Positions 49,330-61,317 of a DNA stretch of 64,000 nucleotides are shown here, piece by piece. The number at the start of each line of letters is the position of its first letter. Position 1 is the stretch's first letter. Location of the stretch: assembly GCF_020745735.1 (NCBI RefSeq), contig NC_083413.1, positions 98,180,409 to 98,244,408 of the forward strand. The letters run 5' to 3'. The notes beneath the pieces are model-generated. The model did not search any database. It was not told the DNA's origin and saw only the letters and a program-made list of their open reading frames with translations. The stretch is from Hemiscyllium ocellatum (Eukaryota). The position numbers were made by a program, and so were the translations under genes.

Positions 49330-51460
49330 TGTTAGCCTCAATGATTTTTTTATTGACTCATGGAACACGGTGGTTGCTTTTAGTTGTCGGTAGGTGTCCT
49401 TCAGAAGATGGCAGAAAGCTGCCTTTCTGAAATAACATGTTCCAAAATGACCTGAGGAAGGGAATTCCAGATTTTGACCCAGTTACAGTGAAAGATCGAT
49501 GATATATTTCCATGTCAGGATGCTGAGTAGTTTAGAGAGGAGCTTACAGTGGTGCTGCTCCCATGTGTCTGTTGTTCTTATCCATCGAGATGCAAGTGGG
49601 AGTGGGAAGGTACTGTGTAAGGAAGTGGCTAAGTTACTGCAGTGCAGTATTTTAGATAGTGCATACGGCTGGTATGCCTGAAGAAGGGCTTATGCCCGAA
49701 ACATCGATTCTCCTGCTCCTTGGATGCTGCCTGACCTGCTGCGCTTTTCTAGCAACACATTTTTCAGCATATGGCAGGTACTAAGCATCAGATTTGGAGG
49801 CAATGGACGCTTGTGGATGTGCTGCTGATCAAGTGGGATGCTTTGTCCTGGACAATGCCTAGCTTCTTGAGTGCAGTTGAAGGTGCTCCTGTCCAGTCAA
49901 AGGGCGAGCTGTGCTATTACCCTCCTGACTTCTGTCTCTTAGACAGTCAGTTGGCTTTGCAAGTCAGGAGGGTGAGTTACTCGCTGCAGTATTCCTAGCC
50001 TCTGGCCTGCTCTTACAACCATTGTATTTATATGGAGTGTCCAGCTCAATTTCTAATGAACAATAAAACCCAGGATGTCGATGGTGAGGGATTCCGTGAT
50101 GGTAACACTATTGAATGTCAAGGGGTTTTGGTTAGATTGTCTCTTATTGTCAATGGTCATTGTCTCGCAGGTTTGTGGTGTGAATGCTATTTGCCACTTG
50201 TCAGCTCAAGTCTGGAAATTGTCCAGATTTTGTTGCGTTTGAATGTGGACTGAGCAGTCCCAAAAAAAGTGCTAGATCAATGCAGATTTCACTTCTGACA
50301 TTCTGAGGGAGGGAAAGGCATTGCTGAAGCAGCTGAACATGATTGGGCCAAGGACACTTTCTTTAGGAACTCCAACAGAGATTTGCTTTGGCTGAGACGA
50401 CTGCCCTCTAACAAGCAGAGCCACCTTCCAATGTGTGAGGTCTGACTGCAGGCAGCAGGGAGGTTGTCACCTGATACCCATTGAATCCAGTTTTGCTAGG
50501 ACTCCATAATATCACACTCTGTCGAATGTGACCTTAATGTGAAGGGCTGTCACTCTTCCCTCATTTCTGGAATTCAGTTCTTTGTCCATGTTTAAATCAA
50601 CTAGGAGAAAGTGAGGACCGCAGATGCTGGAGATCAGAGCTTAAAAATGTGTTGCTGGAAAAGCGCAGCAGGTCAGGCAGCATCAAAGGAGCAGGAGAAT
50701 CGGCGTTTCGGGCATAAGCCCTTCTTCAGGAATCAGGCTTCAGAAGGGCTTATGCCCAAAACGTCGATTCTCCTGCTCCTTTGATGCTGCCTGACCTGCT
50801 GCGCTTTTCCAGCAACACATTTTTAAGCCATGTTTAAATCAAGTCTGTAATTCAGTCATGAGCTGAGTAGGCCTTGCGTAACCCACATTTTATGTCACTG
50901 AGCAGGTTATTACTGAGCTAGTGCTGCTTGATAGCACTGTTGAAAGCACCTTCCTACACCTAACTCATGATTGAGCATGGACTGATGGAGCAGTAATTCG
51001 CCAGGGTGGTTTGACCTATTTTCTGTGCACAGGACATGCCTGGCCTATTTTCCACATTGTCCATGCCAGTGTGGTAGCTGTACTGGGAGTGCTTGGCTAG
51101 CACAAGTCAGCAGTATTATTGCCAGAATTTTGTCAGGCTCCATAGCATTTGCAGTAACCAGTGCCCCCCGCCCAACAGTGCCTTGATTTCACATGGAGAG
51201 AAGCGAATTCCCTGAAGACAGGTATCTGTGATATTGGTGATCTATAGAAGATGCTGAGATGGATCAGACAATTGGCACTTCTGGCTGACGATTGCTGTGA
51301 ATGCTTCAGCCTTAACTTTTGCGCTGATGTGTTGTGCTCTCCAAAGCAGAGCAAGGGGAGCTTATTCCTTCAATGAGTTGTTTAATTATCAACTTTAGTT
51401 CATGACTTGATGTGGCAGCACTGCAGGCTCAGACCCCAGTTTCCTAAAGTAATGGTCTAG
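49330..51460 (-). mobile_element. Decayed LINE sharing its 3' tail with the 7445/20645 SINE family, interrupted by Penelope pLTR pieces
   Basis: The 3' tail at ~49350-49500 resembles the reverse complement of the SINE tail; the continuous LINE-like body to ~51460 is split by insertions at 49675-49768 and 50601-50827. Confidence 0.5.
50601..50827. mobile_element. Penelope-derived hairpin insertion with perfect 15-bp TSD
   Basis: TSD CCATGTTTAAATCAA at 50586-50600 and 50828-50842; 87-nt inverted arms 50639-50725 / 50742-50828 (2 mismatches) with a 16-nt loop. Confidence 0.92.
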
Positions 51461-53269
51461 CCACAATATCTCCAGACTATAACTCCAACCCACACTCCAT
51501 GATGTGGATATGCACAACAGAAGATCGCTTATCCTTTGTATTTGTAGATTCCAACAATGCATCGTATATTCACTTCATTTGTTAGTCTTGAAAATGCTTT
51601 ACTTCACAGACTTTAGGATATAATGTTCTGTTTTCAATTCTTCTCTCCAACAGGCAAGGTCATCGATGTCACACTGGCTTTCCTCCTCATTAATTGCAAA
51701 ACCAAACGTTTTTCACCTCATCTTTGAACTTACTGATCAAAATTGCTACATTCTTGACTAGATCGTTCATATACGCTGCAAACAGCAAAGGATCCAGCAC
51801 CAAGTCGTATAGTAAGCCACTGGACACAAGATGTCTTCACAATGACTACCTTCGACCATTACCTTCTGCCAACAAATAACCTTCGATGCATTTGCCAAAC
51901 TGCACCAGATCCCATGAACCCTTAGTATATTGAAGATGCAAGACCTGGTCAAAAACCTGATTGAAGTCAAGAAGCATTACATCCACTTTTTACACCCGAT
52001 GGCACATCTCATTGCCTCTGCGGAAAACAGAATCAACCACTTCCGATATGATCTCACTTCCACCAAAGCCCTGCTGAATTTTATTGCTTAAACCTTACAA
52101 TTCCAACTTTTAATGAATGCTGTCTCTTAGATTTATTTATTACCTTCCCTCAAGCTTTCTACTTTTAAACATAGGTTTATGAGCGAAACTACATATTGTC
52201 ATTTCGCTCCTTTCACCCGATGATATCTCTTCTTATCTCTCTGACAGATAATTTACTCGAGCTGAAATAATCTTGTGTCTCTTCTGCTTCATTCTGGAAA
52301 ATGGGAATGGAATTGAATACAATGTTGAGACCAACAGCAAACTGTCCGTTTGTTCTTGACACTGTCAGTGTGTGTTCACCCTCAGAGGTAGGAAGACTGT
52401 TTGTGCTGATAATACGGAAAGTAGCGCCTGATGTATCATTCTCAGCTGGCGCGCAACTTCCTGTTTCTATGTGCCAGCAGCAAGCCACACATCTCACTTC
52501 TGATCAGAAAATAAACCCAGGGGATACAATCTGGCAGAAACATCTGCCAATGTGGCCTAGATCAGGACACAGAGTGTGAAGTGATCACATTGAAGTGACA
52601 TTTGCAAATCGACCTTTCGATCTCTATTTCACGGTCTGATTCCAGGACGTCGTTGGACGAGTCTCTCGACTATCTAACAAGCTCATTCGATTCACTAACG
52701 TCTGGAACACATTGACATGCACCTTTCCATGTCTTTGATCTTGTACTACTTGTTACTCTCTCTTCAGATTTAATGTTCCCAGCTTTTGATTCTGTCTTCT
52801 GTATCCATCACCTTCCCACCCAAATACATTCTGTTTGATCTATTTCCTAAATTTTGATCAACTAAACAAATAATACAGTTTAGTACAGACAGGTATGTTG
52901 GTGTGTCCGATTAACAGAATCAATATATGGAGAGATCATATTGGCTGTATCTAAATCTGACCAACATTGAATTCAAATAAACCACCGCACTGTGTGGTTT
53001 CAAACCTTGCAAATCTTCTCTCTTTGATAGAGCTTGTTCTAACAGTTAATTCTTGTCTTGATTATTTCAGAAACTATAACTAAAAATACCTATTTTTAAC
53101 CAAGTTTCAAATATTATTAAAAGTTGCAGCACTGGCATTTCCTACAGTGAGCTTTGTGGTGTTTAAATGTTCTGGTCAAAATTTGCTTCAAGCAGAAGAC
53201 TGAACCATTGGTTTCTCTGAGTTCCCAGCCACTGCCCTTGCAGTTCCATAATAACTGCAAGCTATTGAT

Positions 53270-54410
53270 AAGCCCCAGAATGAACAGAATGTCCAGGCCC
53301 TGTACACATCCAAACGCCATGATGGAGGCCTCGAAGCCCTCCGTTTCTTCCTGTCATGCCAACCCAAGCAGTACATGCTCAACCTCAACTACATTTCCTT
53401 TCAATCCTCCCACTTCCTCCAAACCAAAGGGGTAGCCATGGACCCCAGCTATGCCTGCCTCTTCGTCAGATATGTGGAACAGTCAATCTTCCACAGCTAC
53501 ACCGGTATCATTGCCCACCTTTACCACCGCTACATTGATGACTGTATCAATGCCACCTCATGCAACCACTAGGAGGTTGAACAGTTCATCAACTTTACTA
53601 AAACCTTCCACCCTGACCTAAACTTTACAGGGACCATCTCGGACACCTCCCTCCCTTTCCTAGACCTCTCCATCTCTATCTCCAGTGACCAACTAAACAT
53701 TTACTACAAGCCCACTGACTCCCACAGCTACCTGGACTACACCTCCTCCCACCTGACCTCAGGTAAAAATGCCATCCTTTATTCTCAATTCCTCTGCCTG
53801 CACCGCATCTGCTCCCAGGAGGTCCAGTTCCACCATAAAACATCCCAGATCCTTTATCAAAGAATGCAATTTCCCCTCCCACGTGGTCGATGATGCCCTT
53901 GAACCCCATCCCTCCAATCGCAACAGGGAGCCCTCCTGGTCCTCATCTTCCACCGCACCAACCTTGCATACATCATATCATCCTCTGCTGCTTCCACCAC
54001 TGTAAACAGACCCCATCACTCGGGGTATATTTCCCTCCCTACACCTATCTGCATTCCGGAGACACCATTCCCTCCACGACTCCCTCGTCAGGTCCATGCC
54101 CCCCACCAGCCCACTCCCCACCCCTGTCACCTTCCCCTGTCACCACAGGAAGTGCAAAACCTGCGCCCACACCTCCCCCCTCACCTCCGACAAGGCCCCA
54201 AATGATCCTTCCACATCCCACAGAAACTTATCTATACTTCCACAAATGTCATCCACTGTGTCTGTTCCACCCGATGTGGTCTCCTCTGCATCAGGGAGAC
54301 AGGACACTAACTTGTGGATCATTTAAGAGAACATCTCTGGGACACCCGTGCCAACCAACCCCACGGCCCCGTGGCTGAACACTTTAACTCCCCCTCCCAC
54401 TCCACCAAGA
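53270..54410 (+). mobile_element. Decayed Penelope-like element fragment (RT to GIY-YIG)
   Basis: HFLQTKGVAMDPSYACLFVRYVEQSIF...RYIDDC (ORF 53375-53572); co-linear with 34800-35960. Confidence 0.88.
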
Positions 54411-54947
54411 ACAGCCAGTCATATTCCTGTTCAATTCCAATGAATAAATACAAAATAACGAGTCTGAATTTGGGATGATATTAATAGGATTTATTTCAAT
54501 CTAAGCATGAACAGATTATTTTGACTTAACAGGTGGAGAGATTCACTTCCTGAAAAAGCAGCTCAAGTGATATAAGCTGGCATCAAACCGAGGTTGGTCA
54601 ATACTGAGGCAAAAGTACAGCATCCAGTCTTGAGTGAAATAAATAAAGAAACTATCTTAACCCCGGAACAAGATAGAGTGTATTAAATATGAACAAAGAC
54701 TCGAGTATTTTAGGATATAATAGAAAAGTAATTTATAGTATATTGAAATGCAAACAGAGATGTGAAGCCTCTACATTCTTCCTAGCTAAATTAATCATTT
54801 CAGAAATTTGTTAATTTTCATGTGTCACTCGTCGGTCCATTCCACGAACCTTGCGAGGTCCTTGTTAAATTCTGAACCATCAGGCGATGGTTCACAGTGG
54901 TTGCGAGTTTCATGTTACAGCAAATTGTGATGTTGTCCACTGTATGC

Positions 54948-57735
54948 CAATGTCTTAGTTAAAAATTTGAAGCAATCACAGCTCCAAACATTTACAAAAT
55001 ATCACTATGGATCTTCCTTGAGTCCAAAAAAAATCCCTTTGATCAATGATTTCTAAAATTTGTTCCCATATCTTTTTTTGAAGGACGTTTTCAAATAACT
55101 TGAAGTGCAAATGGTTCACATCAGTCGGAATACAGTAACATTTCATGTGTTACCCCACACAAAAAAAATCAAGCAATTTTGTTATCACGAGTTGTTCTAA
55201 GCAAGTCTAGGATGGACTGTTTTATCAAACAAAATCATTTCCAATGTTGTGAGGGCTCGTCTATCTTCTGTGCAATGGTCTGAATTTTGTATCTGAATGC
55301 AGATGTAACTGGCTGCTCTGGGTAAAAGTACAGTTTGTGCCTTTCACATTGTTAATGTGTATTGCTGACTTTAGTTGAATAAAGTGATGTTGTCCCAGGC
55401 ATCGTCTGGCACCATTAATTAGACCATTAATTTCCACATTGCTAGCCGGAGAGTCAGGTGGAGTTTATTAATATCATTGAACCGAAGGCTTGGAATATTT
55501 CCGGTATGAATCATGTGAATTAGAGCCTCTGAACGAGACAAAGTAGGAAAGATGAATTGAGGAAAGATGAAGTTTTCACGACAGAGAGAGATCACTTCGC
55601 CCATTACACCTGTATCATGTGAAAACAGAACCTTCCAGCCAACACCCACTTTATAGCATGTTGTCCATAACCCTGCAGGTGATAGCACTTGAAGTAAACA
55701 TTCGGGAACATTGTGTAGGGTCTAATCCATTATCAACATAGATATGATCTCCAATGCTGTAAATCCTGGCTTATGGGGAAAAAAGTAGGGGCAGAACACC
55801 CATTTCTAAACGTTGTTTCTCAGGACGTTTTGACAATTCTTGACTTAATATCATTGTAAACTGACATGAAAAAAATGCAGACATGTTCCCCAGAAACGCT
55901 GACAGCAACATACCTTTACTCAGTCAAGATCAGCAAGATGAATTAAGAAAGTTTTTAAAAATCTTTCTTTTAACTGATTATTGACAACACGGATTTCACA
56001 AAGTGAAACGTACAGAAGGGAAGGGTGGAGGGCTGGGTGTGGACGATGTTCACTTGTGAGAAACAAAGCTCACACACTTCAATAATTTCAGTCCGAGACA
56101 AAATCTGAATCAGTGGTGCCCTTTACTTTACTCTTGCAAGACGGTGTGATGTCCACTGTCCACAAGGCAGGGACACACACACTGAATTCAACTAATACAC
56201 AATATTTATGTAATTTGGTTTCTATTTTTTTATTTCATTGCTCCTCCCCTGTTTACATCTTCCACTTCCCTAAGACCGGCGCCCTCCTTGTCTGTGACAA
56301 AATGCTTATTTCTGGCCTCACAAGGCTGTTTGACCTCATCCCGCTGTGGCCCATTGTTAGGCATATCCTTTCTTCACTATTATCTATTCCCTCCATCTGT
56401 GCCTTCCCCTACCATACTGATCCTTATGACCCTTTTAATTGGGGTTTGTTCCTGTGTTTCAGTAAAAGTGGGAAACAAATGTTTATACCTACTGTTTGTA
56501 CAGGCGTATCTAGCTTAACTCCCTCCCCTCACAGCATCTTATCTATTCGTCTGTAATATCTACCATTGTTTTGCAGTCACGTTTCATTCTTGCATACAAT
56601 TTTAGTGAATACAAAAACAATTATGTATTTCCTCTACATAGTTTCCATTCTTGTTGACTCAGCTCTTGGCTGAAACAATTACACACTGGTGTGAGTTCAT
56701 TTACTTTGTATAAGTAATTATAATTGCAGAAGTAACACTACTTTACCTATATCCCACACACTGTTCCCTGATGTCTGGTTGCATTTGTGAGCAACAGGTG
56801 AACCTGCGAACCAGATTCAGGATGGTACTGCAGGTATTTCAGCAGATACTGTGTAAACAGAATTCTCCCATAAATCAGCAATGACATGAACATTTATTTT
56901 TTATGGTGTTTGAAACCAAATAAAATTGAACAATATGCTGGGACAAGTTCCTTTTCATTTCTTTGAACTAGTATCAAGGGACACTCTCTGTGGGCCTGGG
57001 GTGGCAGGAGGATCTTTAACAGCAGAATGTGAGGGAACAAAGTTACCGTTGGAAATCCAGATAGACTGGAACTTGTTTCACTGGAGGGTGAGAGTTCGGG
57101 GGGTGACCTCATATAAGTTTATAAAGCCATGAGTGGAAAGGTGAATGGCTCTAATTTACATGATTCATCCTGGAAATGTACGAAGCTTTCGTTTCAAAAA
57201 TATCACATATCAATAAACTCCACCTGATCCTCTGGCGAGCGATGTGGAAATTAATGGTCTAATTAATGGTGCCAGACGATGCCTGGGGCAACATCCCTTT
57301 ATTCAACTAAAGTCAGCAATATACATTAACAATGTGAAAGGCGCAAACTGCACTTTTACCCAGAGCAGCCAGTTTCATCTGCAGTCAGACACAACTTCAA
57401 AATTCAGACCATTGCACAGAAGATAGACAAGCCCTCACAACACTGGAAATGATTTTGTTTGATAAAAGAATTCATCGTAGACTTCCTCAGAGCAACTCAT
57501 GTCAACAAACTTGGTTTTTTTGTGTGTGGGGTAACACATGAAATGTCTCTTTAATACGATTGATGTGAACCATTTCAGAAGTTATTTGAAAACGTCCATC
57601 ACATTAGATACGCGAATAAATTTTACAAATCATTGATCAAAGGGGACAATCTTTTTTGGACTCAAGGAAGATCCATAGTAATATTTTGTAAATGTTTGGA
57701 GCTGGGATTGTTTTCAATTTTTGACCCAGACATTG
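54948..57735. repeat. Large inverted repeat: arms 54948-55527 and 57147-57735, ~1.6-kb spacer
   Basis: The reverse complement of arm 2 aligns across ~580 bp with arm 1 (e.g. 'cagctccaaacatttacaaaatat', 'ggatcttccttgagtccaaaaaa', 'ccaggcatcgtctggcaccattaattagaccattaatttccacat'). Confidence 0.92.
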
Positions 57736-59240
57736 TTGTATTTTCCCTATGGTGGGGGATTTCAACAATAGGGAACATGTTTTACAATGAGAGGAGAAAA
57801 ATTTTTAAAATGATATCAGAGACAACTTTTTACACAGAGAATGGTTTGTGTCTGGGATGATCTGGTGGTGGATACTTACAACCTATAGAAGACATTTGGA
57901 TAAGTAAATGAATATCAAATGTTTGGAAGGATATGGGCCAAGTACACACAGGTGGGATTAGTTTAGTTTGGGATTATGACTGGCATGGACTGGTTGGACT
58001 GAAGTGTCTGTTTCCATGCTGTATCACTCCATGACTCTATGACTATTTATCAATTTTTCTCAATATTAAACAGTGCTGTAGTGATCCTCGAATGAACTGT
58101 TGATGTTTAGGTTGTGTCTGAGACTCTGCGAATATTTCCTTCAATGAGAGGAGGCACTAGTTCTCCAAGTTTCACAACTCAAAAATAAACTTTTCTCCAG
58201 TATTGTTGCTGAGTAGATGTGTTTCTGCAGAGGCAGTGGTTATGGTCTGCAGTTTGCTTTCCACCAACTGGTCAACAGTGAGACAAAATATCTTTGATCC
58301 CCTGCAGAAACTCCACCTGCTTCCAGTAAATGAACCTGGGAACTCAAGGACCTTTTCTGCAGTCCGCTTAATTGCTGCCAACTATTGTATCTTGCCGATT
58401 AAAGGGAAAATGAATCAACTAAAGTAAAATCCTACCAAACAAACTATATTTTCCCATTTACTCACAATGGATACATTTCACTTGGCATTTCTTCTTTAAA
58501 AAGGAAAGTCACTGAATACAGCATTCACTGTATGACTATCAGAAACAGGACATTGAATGCAGTGACATTCTGGTTAGTTCAGCCTGTTTATTGAGTATCT
58601 TTAAAGCTCCTGAATATGAAGTTAATGGATCCAAAATCCCACATTGCAGTAACATTTGTTATCATCTCAAAGTAAATTAACAAACTTGAATTGGTTCAAA
58701 CTCACATCACTTGGTACGCCATTCTCTGATTCATTTATCTCATTAAAACTGAGTGGGCCCTTTATACATGGTTAACACTGGTGTCGTGTAACAGCGAATT
58801 TCTGCTTATTTTTATGAGTTAACTGCCCCTGTCAGAGCTATCAGTGAGCAGAGAAATGTACTGTTTATAACCTACATTCGTGGTAATGATTATTGTAATA
58901 CTCTCTAATTTAACCAAACACTCCTGATGTACCCAGACAGTTACCTGCAATGGTTTAGATGTTGAGGATTTTTTTTAAAAAAACGTATGGACTGTCCTGT
59001 TCTAGTTCATTAGATGCTCTTTCAAAAGTTTACCTAGGTGTTATGTATCACTGCCAACTCACTTTTTGTTTCTCCGGCACACAGCTTTCCTTTACTATGC
59101 ATTTTAAAAAATTTGAAAAAAAAGATGCAAGGAGAGACATTCTGCAATGTAAGGAGGTGCTTCTAATCTCCGGGTCCAAACTGTTTAGTGATATCCACTC
59201 ACATTCTGAACATAATCACTTTAGTCCTGCTCCATATTAG

Positions 59241-59647
59241 GTTGCCTAAATGGAATTTAGAAACGCAGATTAGAAATGGGATGTTATTTTGTAAAGTGAG
59301 AGAGACGTTGAGTGACAGCAAAAATAAAGTCACTCATTTTGTTGGTTAATAATATGATTGAAGTTCTTTTTAGCTTTATCTGCTTGTGGTGGAATGTAGA
59401 ATTAAAGGGAGTTAACTTCTAATTGAATATTCTGAATATAATCACTTTGGACACGCTCTGTATTCAGTTGCCTAAATTGAATTTTGAAATGTTTAGTATG
59501 AATTACATGTTATTTTGTAGTGGGACAGAGACTGGCAGTGTCCTGGGGAAAAAAACTCAATTGTTTTACTAGCTAGTAATACGTTTGAACTTTGATTTTA
59601 GTTTTATCTGTTTGTGAATGAATGTAGAAATAAAGGGAGCTAACTTC
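59241..59647 (+). repeat. Degenerate ~227-bp tandem duplication upstream of the VH promoter
   Basis: 'gttgcctaaa' at 59241 and 59467; 'gaatgtagaa(t/a)taaagggag(t/c)taacttc' ends at 59419 and 59647. Confidence 0.8.
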
Positions 59648-59887
59648 CGAATGGATTTATTTTAAAACAAAATACTTGCAACTATCATGTGAAATAGACC
59701 TGAAGGTACTCAATTTTACTTCCACCATTAAAAAAAACACTCCCAAAGAAGCTATTCAGCAAAATAAATATCCCAAGATGTGTATATATCCATGTTTAAG
59801 CGTAACCTGGTAAATACATGAGCCCATGTGTTGGGGCTGTGCAAGCTGAGACCAGGATCCAGTCTCAGCCTCCAGCAGGAAACCAAC

Positions 59888-59930
59888 AGGCGGAAGCTGT
59901 GAGCCTGCCCTTTCCGATAGCCATATAAAT
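59888..59930 (+). promoter_or_regulatory. Putative VH promoter: ETS-like GGCGGAAG and TATAAA (59924-59929)
   Basis: TATAAA lies ~90 nt before the leader ATG. No ATGCAAAT octamer was seen in the preceding ~1 kb, consistent with shark VH promoters. Confidence 0.5.
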
Positions 59931-60016
59931 CCTAGGCACTGGACCGTAATTCAACACTCCGGGATCGGCTTTGTTTAGAAAGATCTTGACAGAACCGCTT
60001 CCCAGAGGTTATCAGA

Positions 60017-60065
60017 ATGATTGTGTCGACAATTTTTCTCAGTTTATTACTGACTTTCTTATCAT
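60017..60065 (+). CDS. IGHV: IgH V leader exon (MIVSTIFLSLLLTFLS-)
   Basis: Hydrophobic signal peptide, phase-1 donor GTGAGT at 60066; splices in frame to the acceptor AG at 60170-60171 giving ...[13 protein letters not shown]. Confidence 0.92.
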
Positions 60066-60171
60066 GTGAGTGTTTTTTTTGTTTAAGTCTGTCTTTGTTG
60101 CTGTCTCAATGTTAGTCTACCTCAGGAATGTAAAAGTAATGCTCATGGTTTATTTCTTGTCTTTTTTAAAG

Positions 60172-60476
60172 GTGTCCAGTCGGAGGTTGTTTTGACCCAG
60201 CCAGAGGCAGAGACTGGCCATCCCGGAAGCAGCCTGACACTGACCTGTAAAACCAGCGGGTTCGATCTCAGCAGCTACTACATGAGCTGGGTCCGCCAGG
60301 TTCCCGGCCAGGGTCTGGAGTGGCTGCTGTACTACTATAGTTCATCCAACAATAACTATGCACCAGCGATTCAGGGTCGATTTACTGCGTCCAAAGACAA
60401 TTCAAACAACATTTTCTCGTTGAAAATGACTAACCTGAAGATCGAAGACACCGCCATCTATTACTGTGCAAGATAC
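60172..60476 (+). CDS. IGHV: Germline IgH variable segment, open frame (shark IgM-type VH)
   Basis: [97 protein letters not shown] with conserved Cys, Trp and YYC, followed directly by an RSS. Confidence 0.97.
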
Positions 60477-60515
60477 CACAGCGAGAGGAACCAGGGCTGG
60501 ACCCGTTCAAAAACA
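60477..60515 (+). other. VH 3' recombination signal sequence (23-RSS)
   Basis: CACAGCG (60477-60483) - 23 nt - TCAAAAACA (60507-60515). Confidence 0.93.
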
Positions 60516-60863
60516 GCTCGAGGGAACATTTTGTCAATTCCATCATAAACTGATGGTCAGTTTGAGTTTTAAATGCAATTATACCAACTGCGATCTGAAG
60601 CAGACCTCAGGCTGCCTCTTACAAAGCTATCAAAGAGGAAATGTACCATTTAAACTAGCAAACTGGTGACACAATGGGACAATGTTTTAGGCATGTCATA
60701 TGTACTGCTAACACTTCCATCAATTAAATGCTGGGACAAAATATATCTGACAGCTCAGGAAATCACTGCTAATTGTTATGTCAACTATGGCATTCATTCT
60801 AAACATGATCAGTACTAAATGGCTCTTTCAAATGAAAATTGAGACCTAGAGTAAAGAACAGAG

Positions 60864-60943
60864 AATGAGTGTACTGGTCTACATCATTGTGATACTACAG
60901 TGGGTCACAGTGCTGTGCACAGCGACATCCTCATACAATAACC
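60864..60943 (+). other. IGHD: D1 segment ATACTACAGTGGGT (60892-60905) with 5' 12-RSS and 3' 22-RSS
   Basis: 5': AATGAGTGT - 12 nt - CATTGTG (60885-60891). 3': CACAGTG (60906-60912) - 22 nt - ACAATAACC (60935-60943). All three frames are open (ILQW/YYSG/TTVG). Confidence 0.92.
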
Positions 60944-61200
60944 ACTGACAAGGATTTATCTCAAATTGGTGATTTCTACCGTGGCAGGAGCGTGAAATAA
61001 TGTGAGATGCAATTTAAACACAATCCAGTCGGGCTAGTTTGTACAAATGTAGAATTATTTTCTACCTTCTTCGTGTTGATTGCCAAGTTAAATGCAGACC
61101 AAACCTGGAAAAGTATTCCAAGCTTTCAAAATACAATGAATAGTAAAAGCTGAAATAATGCACCAAATCATTTTTCGAGGAGTCTGAATCACTGCTTTCT

Positions 61201-61224
61201 AGGAAGTGAAGAAATTATTTGCAT
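61201..61224 (+). promoter_or_regulatory. ETS/IRF-like site plus perfect octamer upstream of D2
   Basis: AGGAAGTGAAG (61201-61211) followed by ATTTGCAT (61217-61224). Confidence 0.45.
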
Positions 61225-61246
61225 TTTACTGTTTCCAGTCTGTCAT

Positions 61247-61317
61247 AGTATTTGACACAACGTGTCTCACAGTGATATAGCTGGAGTGACACTGCAATTA
61301 TGATCAATACAAAAACC
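61247..61317 (+). other. IGHD: D2 segment ATATAGCTGGAGTGA (61275-61289) with 12/12 RSS
   Basis: 5': AGTATTTGA - 12 nt - CACAGTG (61268-61274). 3': CACTGCA (61290-61296) - 12 nt - ACAAAAACC (61309-61317, perfect nonamer). Confidence 0.92.

Noticed and set aside
54894-54932. CACAGTG heptamer next to the inverted repeat
   Set aside because: No nonamer at 12 or 23 nt spacing.
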